64,000 bases of DNA, taken from positions 260,795-324,794 of the forward strand of contig NIVC01000479.1 of NCBI GenBank assembly GCA_002269645.1, read 5' to 3'. Below, in pieces: positions 49,264-60,947 of the stretch (positions are counted from its first letter, which is position 1; every line of letters begins with the position of its first letter). Source of the DNA: Macrostomum lignano. Taxonomy: Eukaryota. The notes beneath the pieces are model-generated. The model was not told the DNA's origin and did no database searches. It saw nothing but the letters and a program-made list of their open reading frames with translations. Position numbers and translations under genes: made by a program.

Positions 49264-49626
49264 TTAAGTTGACCAGGTGCAGAACTTACTCAGACACGGG
49301 GTGACGCTCGGCTTGGAGCGACGCTCCACAATCGGACCTGGCGGTGTTGGTGCCATTGGAAAACCAGCTGGATTCTCGGCGGCGTTCCAGGGACGATTTT
49401 TAGATGGATCGAAGTGCTCCTCGAACTGCCTCTGCTGCTGCTGCTCACGCTGGAGCATCTTCTCCTCGATGAGCAGTCGACGCATCAGCTGAACGAGCTC
49501 TGCTTGGTCGTCGGTCTCGAAAATGTGTCGGTTCGATGGCGACTTGAAAGGCCGAGCGTTCACGGCTTGATAACAGATGGACGACAGGAGAACGAGCAGG
49601 ACAATGGGACCAGCTGCTGCTCTCAT
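49264..49626 (-). CDS. Prepropeptide copy 1 (120 aa), C-terminal cyclic peptide SKPSVTPCLSKFCTWST
   Basis: Signal peptide GPIVLLVLLSSICYQAVNA, propeptide, dibasic ERR site, then a C-x4-C ring. Conserved in three copies. Confidence 0.85.
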   Translation of the reverse strand: MRAAAGPIVLLVLLSSICYQAVNARPFKSPSNRHIFETDDQAELVQLMRRLLIEEKMLQREQQQQRQFEEHFDPSKNRPWNAAENPAGFPMAPTPPGPIVERRSKPSVTPCLSKFCTWST

Positions 49627-49800
49627 GGTGACCAGAGTCTGAAACAGGTGAAACGTACCTGTAAAATGTCACGGCAAACCCATACGGCTACTGGCAGTTG
49701 CAGTAATAACGGTTCGTAACTTACCGATTGGGTTTCTTTAAGAAGTGCGTGTTAATCAGAAAATTGTGTAGGCGAATTTGTTAAGCGCCTAAAACAACTG

Positions 49801-49850
49801 TATTTATAGACAATAAGCTTAGCCAATGGCGCCAGAGCGCGTTGGTGGGC
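49801..49850 (-). promoter_or_regulatory. Core promoter of peptide copy 1: TATA box plus inverted CCAAT
   Basis: TATAAATA on minus at 49801-49808; CCAAT at 49823-49827; a GCGCCAGAGCGCGTTGGTGG block follows. All are conserved in the three copies. A 5' UTR intron is predicted at about 49639-49724. Confidence 0.6.
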
Positions 49851-51436
49851 CGGCGGCAAGTAGGCGTTGTCCTGATAAATTATTTTTTAGCCACAGACTT
49901 TCCACTTTTTTATTAACTGATGGACAGATAATTGAAAATTTTCAACAGCTTTTACACTGATTATCGAGCCATTTCATTTTTTCGTTATTTAATTTTTTAT
50001 CAGCTTGAAAAAAACTAAGAGAAAGCATCAAATCGACGCATCTGTCGCTCTGAACTTTGTAAGTCAATTAAGTCAATTGATGGTCGTCATTTTTTAATTT
50101 ACCAATATAGTAAAATTGGGAAAATTTAAAATTAAATTGGTAAAATAGTAAAATTTAAATAAAATGTTTTTTTCCAATTACATAATGCGCAATGGAATTA
50201 TCGTCATTATTATTAGTTAGTTACCAATTTTTATCGCTTCTATGTGGTTTTTCAAGTCCATACCAAGACGACAACCGACTACTCGTAGAGGGGCCAATCA
50301 GATACTGTCGTACACAATTTAAGCGACTGCCTGCGTCGGGTTCCACAAGTGCATCCTGTGACGGAATATGTCGCTGGATTCACACCGTCTTGATAGAATC
50401 GCAAGCGCGCTCGATGGGATTATTCCTTGTAAATCTCTGGAATCTGGACGTTTTGAAGGCCCAATTTTAGATTAGAACGAAGGCAATTCAATTCTCGGCT
50501 CGGCCATGACACACGAGGGAAATTTAATAAGCTATCAAGATTGATATCAGGATGGGAGTACATGCTTGCTGCTTTAAACACCTTTATTCCGCAGAAGCCA
50601 GACTTGGCTTTTTACATGTTCATGGGGACTAACGTATAATCCATTATGCTAAAAATTGTTTGTCGGTAGGTAGGTATCTATCTATCTATGTTTGTGATCG
50701 ATTAGAGAAAAATATAATGCTAAAGTTGGACTGTTAAATAGTATCCATGCCAGGTGTCACCGACGCGATGGGATACTTAAAGGCTGAGCGCCGTGATAAC
50801 TGCTGAATTGGAAAAAAGCGGCGACCCTGGGGCGCGCCTGAGAGCAGAAACATCCCACCGGTGAATTTGTGTTTTCTTGTCTTTGGATGGTTCAAGGCCG
50901 CAATTACTCATACTCATGCATACATGTGCATCATCACCAGAGTGGTTAAAATTATAGTTAATCGATTGTCAGCAAAGCGCTGCATATTCAGGGTGCCAGC
51001 ACATGTACATCTACTATGGCTCGATACGTACAGTCTAAATGCATTGAAATGCAAAATTCTGAGCTACATCTAGTCTATACGATAGAGAATTAAGTCAAAA
51101 AATGAAAAAATATCAAACCACTGTTTGCGATCTCGCTACGAGCGAATTAAGAAGACAATATGCTACCAAGAGTTTTTCTGTCCCAAGATGTAATAAAGGA
51201 TTTATTTGAAGCCATTACCGATAAGATCGATAAAACTTGGCCACAAAAGGCCAAAATAGGGGATTTCTGGAAAGAAAATTTGCACGATTTTTTTATTGAG
51301 CGGGGACATTCGACTCTATAACTTTATGATCAATTAGTTAAAATTAAAAGACAGGTGGGTTCAGCACTAGCTAAGATAAGTTTGTTAGACTTCACTTCGA
51401 GTGCCCGATCTTTCTGAGCTTTCGGAGGCTCCAAGC

Positions 51437-51793
51437 TTAATAGGTGCAAAACTTCAGCAGACACGGGGTGACGCTCGGCTTGGAGCGACGCTCCACAATC
51501 GGGCCTGGCGGTGTTGGTGCCATTGGAAAATCAGCTGGATTCTCGGCGGCGTTCCAGGGACGATTTTTAGATGGATCGAAGTGCTCCTCGAACTGCCTCT
51601 GCTGCTGCTGCTCACGCTGGAGCATCTTCTCCTCGATGAGCAGTCGACGCATCAGCTGAACGAGCTCTGCTTGGTCGTCGGTCTCGAAAATGTATCGGTT
51701 CGATGGCGACTTGAAAGGTCGAGCGTTCACGGCTTGATAACAGATGGCCGACAGGAGAACGAGCAGGACAATGGGACCAGCTGCTGCTCTCAT
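51437..51793 (-). CDS. Prepropeptide copy 2 (118 aa), C-terminal peptide SKPSVTPCLLKFCTY
   Basis: Near-identical intact ORF to copies 1 and 3, with shared upstream elements. Confidence 0.85.
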   Translation of the reverse strand: MRAAAGPIVLLVLLSAICYQAVNARPFKSPSNRYIFETDDQAELVQLMRRLLIEEKMLQREQQQQRQFEEHFDPSKNRPWNAAENPADFPMAPTPPGPIVERRSKPSVTPCLLKFCTY

Positions 51794-51972
51794 GGTGACC
51801 AGAGTCTGAAACAGGTGAAACGTACCGATTCAGAACGACATGAGAAACACATACGGCTACTGGCAGTTGCAGCAGTAACTGTTCGTAACTTACCGATTGG
51901 GTTTTTCAAGAAGGGTGCTAGTCTGGAAATTGGAAATTGTGCTAGCAATTTTGCAAGCTCGTAAAACAGTTG

Positions 51973-52020
51973 TATTTATAGACAATTAGCTTAGCCAATA
52001 GCGCCAGAGCGCGTTGGTGG
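51973..52020 (-). promoter_or_regulatory. Core promoter of peptide copy 2
   Basis: TATAAATA on minus at 51973-51980; CCAAT at 51995-51999; same GC block. Confidence 0.6.
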
Positions 52021-54153
52021 ACTGGCAGGTGGGCGTTTTCCAGAAAAATTATCTTTGTTTGAGATCTAGTCGAATGGTAGCTAATTGATTTATAAGTGCT
52101 TGTTAATTGGATTTTTTAGCGACATGATTTTTCTCATTGCCTACATTTTTATTAGCTTGGAAATGGAAAAATTAAGAGAAAGCATGATATCGATGCATTT
52201 AATTGTAGTTGGTACTACATAAGTCGACGATGCAGTAATTCGATGCTTTTCTGTCTGTCTAGTCCGGTTCATATGAGCTTCAGATGCCTCACTGAAGTTT
52301 CTGTAGGTCCATTTATCTGAATCGCACTGGCCCGAAGAAGGAGAACTGTTGTATTTAAGAATCTGCGCGCCATTCAGCAGAGGCCATTGAGAGGTCGAGT
52401 GTACGTCTGCGCGGGCTTGTCCACAATGTGTGGTCTCTTGACAGTTTTTCTAGGTTGCAGGTACGTGTCGTCTATATCTGTACATGTAAACCGCGCACCG
52501 CGAGCATTTGCAGAGTGGGTAAAATATTTATTTGATCAATCATGAGCGATGTGCTGAACGGTAGATCATCCTGTTGGCGGGCGGTTTTTCAAGGCGTGGT
52601 TTTAGAGTCAGTCTTGTGGTGTCCCTGGCTGTGGACTGACTTGCTGTGGAGGGATATTTTCTGGGAAGTTCAGAGACTCATCGAAGAGGCAATTCCGGCT
52701 AATTTACGGTTGCTCAATTTGGAGCTTGGTGCTTAGCACGACGTGGCACCCCTAAAACCGACATCAGTGTTCTGTACTGTTCTGAGCACCTCCTGGTTGT
52801 CTCGAAAGTCTTGATGACCGATTGGCTAGGACTCAGTGGTAGACATTGGATACGATACGCGGGCCACAAAAAGTACACAAAAATTAAAAATGTCTGTTTC
52901 TCAAAGTCGATGCAAATTTAGGGAGATGACTGGTGCGCTTCTTATCAAGGAAAACCATGCTTCGCGTCTATTTTTAGCCTGCACGTTCGCCTTCAATTGG
53001 CCGACGAGCGGATAGTCATTCGCAGGCTTAAATGCCATATATCCGCAATCACACAGAATACAGGCGACTCGGCGGGCTGCATGCAATGAAAAAATTGGAA
53101 AGAGGGCTTCGGGCCACACAGAAATGGCCTGTGGACCTCAGGTTGGGGACCCCTGCAGGGCTAGGTCCTAGAAGAATTGGCATCGGCAACTCATGCGACA
53201 GTAGGAGGCGACGTTTCCTGGACGCTTGGGGAAGTCGAGTCTGCGATCGATGACTGGGCCGATAGTAAAACAAGTATCAAGTTATGCTTCCCTTAATTAA
53301 TGAAGCCTCATCCGCAAACTGGAGTGGTACTGACACCTTAACTTCTGACATTGTTAGGGGTTAAAATCAAAGCTAAAGTAAAGCTGAAGGTGATCATTCC
53401 GTAAACTGCACTCATTGCGTCTGGTTTTGTCTGTAGTTTTAGATTGCCGGTTGTTTGCTCAGCAACATGCTTTTAAGTCAGACTATTTGAAATAACGATT
53501 AGCGAGAAAGGCCTCTCTTTGTCTAGGCGGTAACTCGAGGTTCGTAATTTTCTAAACAGAAAGCTTTCTGAATGTCAATAGAGCAATAAGAAAGGCAGGA
53601 CATATCGAAAGAGGAACACTGGATCTCTCCTCTATTAAAAGCAATAACAATTTTTGTGCTGAAAAATGAGAACTTCCTATCTTTGTAATGTATTTTTTAC
53701 ATGTCTCCTAAAACCTGTCTCCTAAAATTTTCCAAGAAGCGTATAGTTCCCGTCCTTCTACTTGAGTAGCCTTCGGTACATGAGCCAGCTAGCTATACAT
53801 GCAGGGCTATTTGCAGTGAACCATGCAGTTTGTACAGTGAAGAACTGAGTAAAAAATAATTTAAATCAAACAACTTTTTGCATCTCGCATGCAGTCTCTA
53901 GAATTCAGCGAGAAAATGCATATGAGCTTCAAAGTCTCTGAAGCTGTATTAAATTTATTATTTTAAATCGTCAAACGTAAAACCGATGAAGTGTTGCCGC
54001 GAAAGACATTAAAATATAGGATTTTCGAACAAAAGCTGGCGGAATTTTTTATTTATTGCCCTCATTTGTTTGGGACATTCAGCTAATCGCATAATTTTAG
54101 GATCGATTGATTCAAAGAGAAAAGATCGACGTGAGCTCTCCGCCGATCCAAGT

Positions 54154-54510
54154 TTACCAGGTGCAAAACTTCAGCAGACACGGGGTGACGCTCGGCTTGG
54201 AGCGACGCTCCACAATCGGGCCTGGCGGTGTTGGTGCCATTGGAAAACCAGCTGGATTCTCGGCGGCGTTCCAGGGACGATTTTTAGATGGATCGAAGTG
54301 CTCCTCGAACTGCCTCTGCTGCTGCTGCTCACGCTGGAGCATCTTCTCCTCGATGAGCAGTCGACGCATCAGCTGAACGAGCTCTGCTTGGTCGTCGGTC
54401 TCGAAAATGTGTCGGTTCGATGGCGACTTGAAAGGCCGAGCGTTCACGGCTTGATAACAGATGGCCGACAGGAGAACGAGCAGGACAATGGGACCAGCTG
54501 CTGCTCTCAT
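54154..54510 (-). CDS. Prepropeptide copy 3 (118 aa), C-terminal peptide SKPSVTPCLLKFCTW
   Basis: Near-identical intact ORF. The ATG at 54510 aligns with copies 1 and 2; the ORF track extends it upstream into the 5' UTR intron. Confidence 0.85.
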   Translation of the reverse strand: MRAAAGPIVLLVLLSAICYQAVNARPFKSPSNRHIFETDDQAELVQLMRRLLIEEKMLQREQQQQRQFEEHFDPSKNRPWNAAENPAGFPMAPTPPGPIVERRSKPSVTPCLLKFCTW

Positions 54511-54671
54511 GGTGACCAGAGTCTGAAACAGGTGAAACGTACCTGTAAAATGTAACGGCAAACCCATACGGCTCCTAATAACGGTTCGTAACTTACCGGT
54601 TGGGTTTTTTCAAAAAGCGATGTTTATTTGGATATTGTGTAAGCGAATACTGTCAAGCTTTTAAAAGTGTG

Positions 54672-54726
54672 TATTTATAGACAATTCGAGTAAGCTTAGC
54701 CAATAGCGCCAGAGCGCGTTGGTGGG
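54672..54726 (-). promoter_or_regulatory. Core promoter of peptide copy 3
   Basis: TATAAATA on minus at 54672-54679; CCAAT at 54700-54704; same GC block. Confidence 0.6.
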
Positions 54727-55399
54727 TCGGCAGGTGGGCGTTTTTCCGATAAATTTGATTATTCTTTTATTTTGCATGTAGACTCACCTCCACTTGCTTT
54801 GAAAAAGTGCTTTCAGATATTTGTGATTTTCAAGTGTTTTTCAACGGATTTAATCGCGACTTCTATAGAATTTTTCGTTTCCAAAATTGATTTTCATCTT
54901 TTAAAATTAAGAGAAATTGGATCGAAGCGCAGTGAAATCACAGATGTTCTATGTTACATTTATGATGCAACTGAAGCAGAAGGTTGCGCTACAACTCGAG
55001 TTTTCTTAGAAAAGACCCGGACGCCGTTGATGAACGCGTATTTTCCGTATCGTCATTGCATTTATGTGGGATTCTGAGAAACTCAGACAAACTGAGTGAA
55101 AAAAAATCCACGTTAGAAAAATTAGATTTTTCGAGAGCACACTGCAGCAATGAATACGCAGTAATTCCGAGTATTTTTATTCCATAGTTGTTCATGCACC
55201 GACGATAATGATTAAGTCATGCGAGAGTGTCTATTGAAATTAAAATTTTATTTATAGAATGTTGATTCATTTTTTGTCTAGAGCATACTGACAGAAAGGA
55301 CGCTTTGTCTGCGTGGATGCCGCTTTTAGGCAATGTGTCTGTCTTCTACAGAAACCATTTGCAATGAAATGTCTATAGATGTCTATATGTCTATATGCC

Positions 55400-55655
55400 T
55401 GTATAAATGCATCTATAGTTTAACTCTACTATCCCTATTGATGATCTATAGTCAAGCACCGCTATCCCTATTGAGGATCTATAGATAAGCACTGCTATCC
55501 CTATAGAGGATCTATAGTCAAGCACCGCTATCCCTATTGAGGATCTATAGATAAGCACCGCTATCCCTATTGATGATCTATAGATAAGCACCGCTATCCC
55601 TATTGAGGATCTATAGATAAGCACTGCTATCCCTATTGAGGATCTATAGATGTGC
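55400..55655. repeat. 33-bp minisatellite (CTATAGATAAGCACCGCTATCCCTATTGAGGAT)
   Basis: About 7 copies. Confidence 0.85.
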
Positions 55656-55879
55656 CGTACACCCATGTCTGAATACAAACCTGTGTGAGAAATTTCCCCA
55701 TGCAGACATATCAGCCGAATTAGGGTTTCGCGTCCCGGATGTATTCAACGCGACAGGCTGCTGGACTGACAGGGCGAACAAAGACAGGGACAGGGACAAA
55801 GACTAAGACAGAGACAGGGGCAGGAATCGAAGGAATTTAAACTGTAGAGGTCGCAAACCTAAGGGATGCCGATATGCCT

Positions 55880-56120
55880 ATATTTGGTCTCTTGGTTGGC
55901 GCCCCTGTCTCTTGGTAGGCGCCCCTGTCTCTTGGTAGGCGCCCCTCTCTCTTGGTAGGCGCCCCTGTCTCTTGGTTGGCGCCCCTGTCTCTTGGTAGGC
56001 GCCCCTGTCTCTTGGTAGGCGCCCCTGTCTCTTGGTAGGCGCCCCTGTCTCTTGGTAGGCGCCCCTGTCTCTTGGTAGGCGCCCCTGTCTCTTGGTAGGC
56101 GCCCCCTGTCTCTTGGTGTC
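55880..56120. repeat. 20-bp minisatellite (GGCGCCCCTGTCTCTTGGTA)
   Basis: About 11 near-perfect copies. Confidence 0.95.
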
Positions 56121-57079
56121 TCATGCTTGGCATCAACCACATCTGTCAACCACATCACTACCATGTGAGCGAACTTAAAAGAATATTAATTTGCGTTTCG
56201 AGTTTTTCTGAAGCATGCATTGAAATGCAGAGACATGAAAATTCATAGTCTTTGATTTTGCCGAAACTCAATTAGTTTTGACTTTTGTCTGTCCATTTCT
56301 ATTTTTAAAACTTCAATGGTTTTTATTTCGTCAATGAGGTTTGAATTTATTAAATCAATTAATAATTGTTATAGCTTTCCGGGTATTTTAGATAGTACTT
56401 TATTGTAGTTTATTTAATTACGATTCCGGATTGCGTTGCTTTGCTTGTTACCATAGCAACGGAAACCTGTCAGAGATGCTAGCTCCCCAAATCTCTGACT
56501 AAAATTTATTTATTAGAAAATTTATGTTTTTTTTCTACAAGCTACAATTCTTGTCAGGATTTCTGATTTGAGAGCATATTTAGAGGTCGAAACCGTGTGG
56601 CGCCATCTAATGGGGAGAGTGTCATTGTAAACATGAACTATGCTGGGGGGCGCCAGTAGTAAGGGGCGCCACACCCAGGGACTACTTAGTAGTCGCTGGC
56701 CACACCCTTAATCACAAGCCAGCACAGGGCGCCCTAGTCTTTGCCTTGACGTAAGCAATAGCGAAAAAAGAGCGTGTATTGGTACACGCATAGCCTGTAG
56801 AAGTGGAATTTAATTAGTTTAATTTTGCCAATCCGCTAAAACAAAGGCAATGCCATATTGGTTCTAAATTAAAAACTCTGCATAAAAAATCTATTGCGTG
56901 CATATATTTTTCTTTTGTTTAGTGTCTGAAAGGTTGTGCTATTGATAGATTTTCCATTGGCAATGAAATGAGAAGAGAAAATCTCTGAATATGATATTGA
57001 GCAATTGGGACTAGCGATCTAGACCCCCATTAGAGAGGCCTATAGATTTTTGGACTATCCATATTACAATTCTAGACCT

Positions 57080-58370
57080 AATGAAATAGCAGGTCTATAG
57101 ATCATATAAACTATCAAGTCTATAGATCGTATAGACTACCAAGTCTATAGATCGTATGGACTATCAAAGTCTATAGATCATATAAACTGGACTATCAGGT
57201 ATACTTATCTTATGAACTATCAAGTCTATAGATCATATGGACCATCAAGTCAATATATCATATGGATAATCAATTCTATAGATCATATGGAATATTACGT
57301 CTATAGATCTTATGGACCAGCAAGTCTATAGATCCTATGGATTATCAGGCCTATGGATCTTGTGAACTACTAAGTTTAGAATCATTTGGTCTATCAAGTC
57401 TATAGATCATGTGCAATTCTATAGATCATGCGGACTATCAAGTCTATAGATCATGTGGACTATCAATTCGATAGATCATGTGGACTGTCAATTCGATAGA
57501 TCATGTGGACTGTCAATTCGATAGATCATGTGGACTATCAATTCGATAGATCATGTGGACTGTCAATTCGATAGATCATGTGGACTGTCAATTCGATAGA
57601 TCATGTGGACTATCAATTCTATAGATCATGTGGACTATCAATTCTATAGATCATGTGGACTATCAATTAGATAGATCATGTGGACTGTCAATTCGATAGA
57701 TCATGTGGACTATCAATTCTATAGATCATGTGGACTATCAATTCTATAGATCATGTGGACTGTCAATTCGATAGATCATGTGGACTGTCAATTCGATAGA
57801 TCATGTGGACTATCAATTCGATAGATCATGTGGACTGTCAATTCGATAGATCATGTGGACTATCAATTCGATAGATCATGTGGACTGTCAATTCGATAAA
57901 TCATGTGGACTATTAATTCGATAGATCATGTGGACTATCAATTCTATAGATCATGTGGACTATCAATTCTATAGATCATGTGGACTGTCAATTCGATAGA
58001 TCATGTGGACTGTCAATTCGATAGATCATGTGGACTGTCAATTCGATAGATCATGTGGACTGTCAATTCGATAGATCATGTGGACTATTAATTCGATAGA
58101 TCATGTGGACTATCAATTCTATAGATCATGTGGACTATCAATTCTATAGATCATGTGGACTGTCAATTCGATAGATCATGTGGACTATCAAGTCCATAGA
58201 TCATGTGGACTATCAATTCTATAGATCATGTGGACTATCAAGTCTGTAGATCATGTGGATAATCAATCTATAGATCATGTGGACTGTCAATTCGATAGAT
58301 CATGTGGACTGTCAATTTTATAGATCATGTGGACTGTCAATTCTATAGATCTTATGGACTATCGATTCTA
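57080..58370. repeat. 25-bp minisatellite (GATCATGTGGACTATCAATTCTATA) with degenerate edges
   Basis: Tandem copies. Confidence 0.95.
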
Positions 58371-59080
58371 CCGATTTTAAATGGGCCATCAGGCCTTTAG
58401 ATTATAATTAGAGATTTAATATATTGTTATGGATTATTATACTAAGTCTGTAGATCCCAATACTGAGATTAGAATAGAAGATGGACAAGCGGCTCAAATA
58501 GAGCTTTCTACACTGAATGCAAGAAAAGTATCAAAATCAGCAGTTAATCTGGAAAATTCCCCGCCAAGACAAAGGCAATTATGGCAATAGAAGGCATTTT
58601 TTGTCAGACGAAAGGCTGGATACGAGTAGAGGCTTCTGTTCGCATGGATGCGCGCTGTTTTGTTAAAGTGAAGTGATTAAATATTAAATTAAAAAGCTTA
58701 ATATATCAAACTGGGAAATAAATGCTGTGGAAAAATCCTAAAAGCTCTGCATTTTAATTCAAGCAGAAATAGAATTGCATAAATTTGCTTTTTTTCCCCG
58801 TCTGCAGACTGGCTGCTCCAGTGTTGCTGCTCTCTAGTGATTGTTTTCTCACTTTAGCCGTCTGCAGTTCGAGTATAGGCGACAACCCCCCCCCCCCAGG
58901 TAAAGCTAGTTATCTATGCGTGGGCGGATATTGCTAATTGTTATACTGTTTTTTTTATTTTACTAAATGGTTTTCGAGAAACGAGACGGAGCAATGTCGC
59001 CATTCAAGTGCCATAGATATTGACCTTATAGTGTATTTTTGGGAATTTTTATGATGTTTATTACTAATGTGTAGCTTAAT

Positions 59081-59546
59081 TAGTACCAAAGGACTACCTA
59101 AAGAAAAAATACACTGCGGAGATGGCAAGTTTTCATTTTTTCAACACAAAGATTGTTATTGCTTTTGATAGAGGGGAGACCCAGTGTTCATCTTTTGATA
59201 TGTTGTGCATTTTTTAGCTCTATTGATTTTTATAATCTTTTCGTTTAGAATATTAGAATACCATGTCAATTTTTTATTCTACGAACATTTCATTTACCTA
59301 AAATCGTTAAAAAACAACCTTAGAATCATAATTTTCTAAACGAAAAGATTTATAAATATCAATAGAGCAATAAGAAAGGCGCAACATGTAATTCAAAGGT
59401 GAACATACGTAGAATCTTTTCGTTCAGATTCTATGTTTGCCTCCTATCAAAAGCAATAGCAATTTTTGTGTTGAAAAATCTCCGTAGTGTATTTTTCGGC
59501 GAAAACCAGCCTCATTAACATCTACTTTAGTAGTCCTTGCCTAGTA
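59081..59546. mobile_element. Palindromic MITE-like element; a partial related copy lies at about 53540-53700
   Basis: Arms AAAAAATACACTGCGGAGAT...TTTTTCAACACAAAGATTGTTATTGCTTTTGATAG are inverted at about 59440-59496. Confidence 0.6.
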
Positions 59547-59563
59547 CACCATATTTCACTGCC

Positions 59564-59668
59564 AACCTAACCCTAGACATAACCCTAACCCTAATCCTAA
59601 CCTAACCCTAACCCTAACCCTAATCCTAACCTAACCCTAACCCTAACCCTAATCCTAATCCTAGCCCA
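59564..59668. repeat. Interstitial degenerate (CCCTAA)n telomere-like repeat
   Basis: CCCTAA/CCTAA/TCCTAA units. Confidence 0.85.
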
Positions 59669-59800
59669 AATTTGTGGTGTTAGGCAGCTGTGTGGTATTC
59701 TGGTATTTAATAATAACCATTTTGCAGGATGGTTGCATAATTGTCCATTTCGCTGACTCCTGAGCTGACATACAAGCGCTCCAATACTGTACGAAGGCAC

Positions 59801-60232
59801 AACAACAACAACAACAGAGTACGCTGTCAGTTCGCAAAAGCAGCGTCAGATGGCGCGCTTCGAAGCTTGGGCGCGAACAAACGCTGCACCGCCGGCAGAG
59901 TCCGGGGCGCCGGCGTCAGCCAGCAGACAGTCGACGTAGCGCCGAGTCCTCGCCTATCCCCGCCGGTAGGGTGCCTGCAACGTAAGTAGCAGCACCTCCT
60001 GCACCGGCTCCGGACAGTAGGCCTCGGCGCGGATGACGTGGCCTGCCAGCTGGAGTCGCCGACGGCGCAGCAGATCGCTAGGACGGGCCAGGGCGGCGCG
60101 ATGATAGAGCGCCGTGTTGGTGACTCGCTCATTGCCGATCTTGAAGGCGGCGCGCAGCAGGCCAGCGTGCGCCGCGTCGACTTGAGCCTCGAGCGAGTCT
60201 GTCAGCGTCCAGGTCTCGGCGTTGTATAACAG
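59801..60232 (-). mobile_element. 5'-truncated RTE-clade LINE (C-terminal RT-distal region)
   Basis: LLYNAETW...LLRRRRLQLAGHVIR motifs; (GTT)n tail; flanking direct repeat GAAGGCAC (59793-59800, 60233-60240). Confidence 0.8.
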
Positions 60233-60947
60233 GAAGGCACACACTCATACACACGCTCACACAGGGTGTACAACGGTCCTGATTCTTTCTAATCGTCAGG
60301 CATGTGCACTCTCTAAAGCATAAATGAATGTGGCTGAGACAGACAGCAGCTGTCGCTAGTTGCATTATTAGTACAATAATTGCTCGGGTCTATGAGAATT
60401 TCCCGCCGAGGTTTTCCCTCAGGGTTTCTCCTGTCGGAAATTCAAGTCAAATCCAATCGGATTTGAAATCTAGTCTAGTTCTAATCTAGTCAAGTTTATG
60501 TCTAGTCTAGTCTAGTTTAGTCTAGTTCTAATCTAGTCAAGCATTGTCTATAGACTGTAAAAACCCTGCGGGCAAACCTCGGCGGTAAAACTTCCTGCGG
60601 GAAATTCTCGTGTTCCCCAATTGCTCGCTTTTTTATTTTCCCATTTTGGTAATAAAATAGTTGTGCTCTCACACGCTGGTAAAGTCTTCGATATTCTCAA
60701 ATAAGCAACAAACAAAAAGAAGAAACCAAAGTGTACGCTGGAGAGAAGAGAGAGGAGAGAAGAAAACGAACAAAGATGCATGGACTCTACTCAGCCTGAG
60801 CACACGCACGCTCACACAGGGTGTACAACAACCCTGGCATGTACCCTCTCTGTGACTCGAAGGTTAGCAATGGCCTGTTGAACAATATATGAACAGTATG
60901 TGCGCGTTATTAACGGTCAGTTCATAGTTGAAGCTGTTAGCTTAGTA

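Noticed and set aside
50250-50470. Minus-strand RNNPIERA motif resembling Mutator-type transposases
   Set aside because: A single short motif with a nearby stop; too weak to call.
52540-53273. GC-richer block with short ORFs including CILCDC
   Set aside because: No consistent frame or family motif; probably decayed repeat sequence.
49264-54510. Oxytocin/vasopressin identity for the C-x4-C peptides
   Set aside because: The ring is at the C-terminus rather than right after the signal peptide; there is no P-x-G-amide tail and no neurophysin domain.
59564-59668. True telomere or chromosome fusion point
   Set aside because: Only about 100 bp, degenerate, in a single orientation and embedded among repeats.
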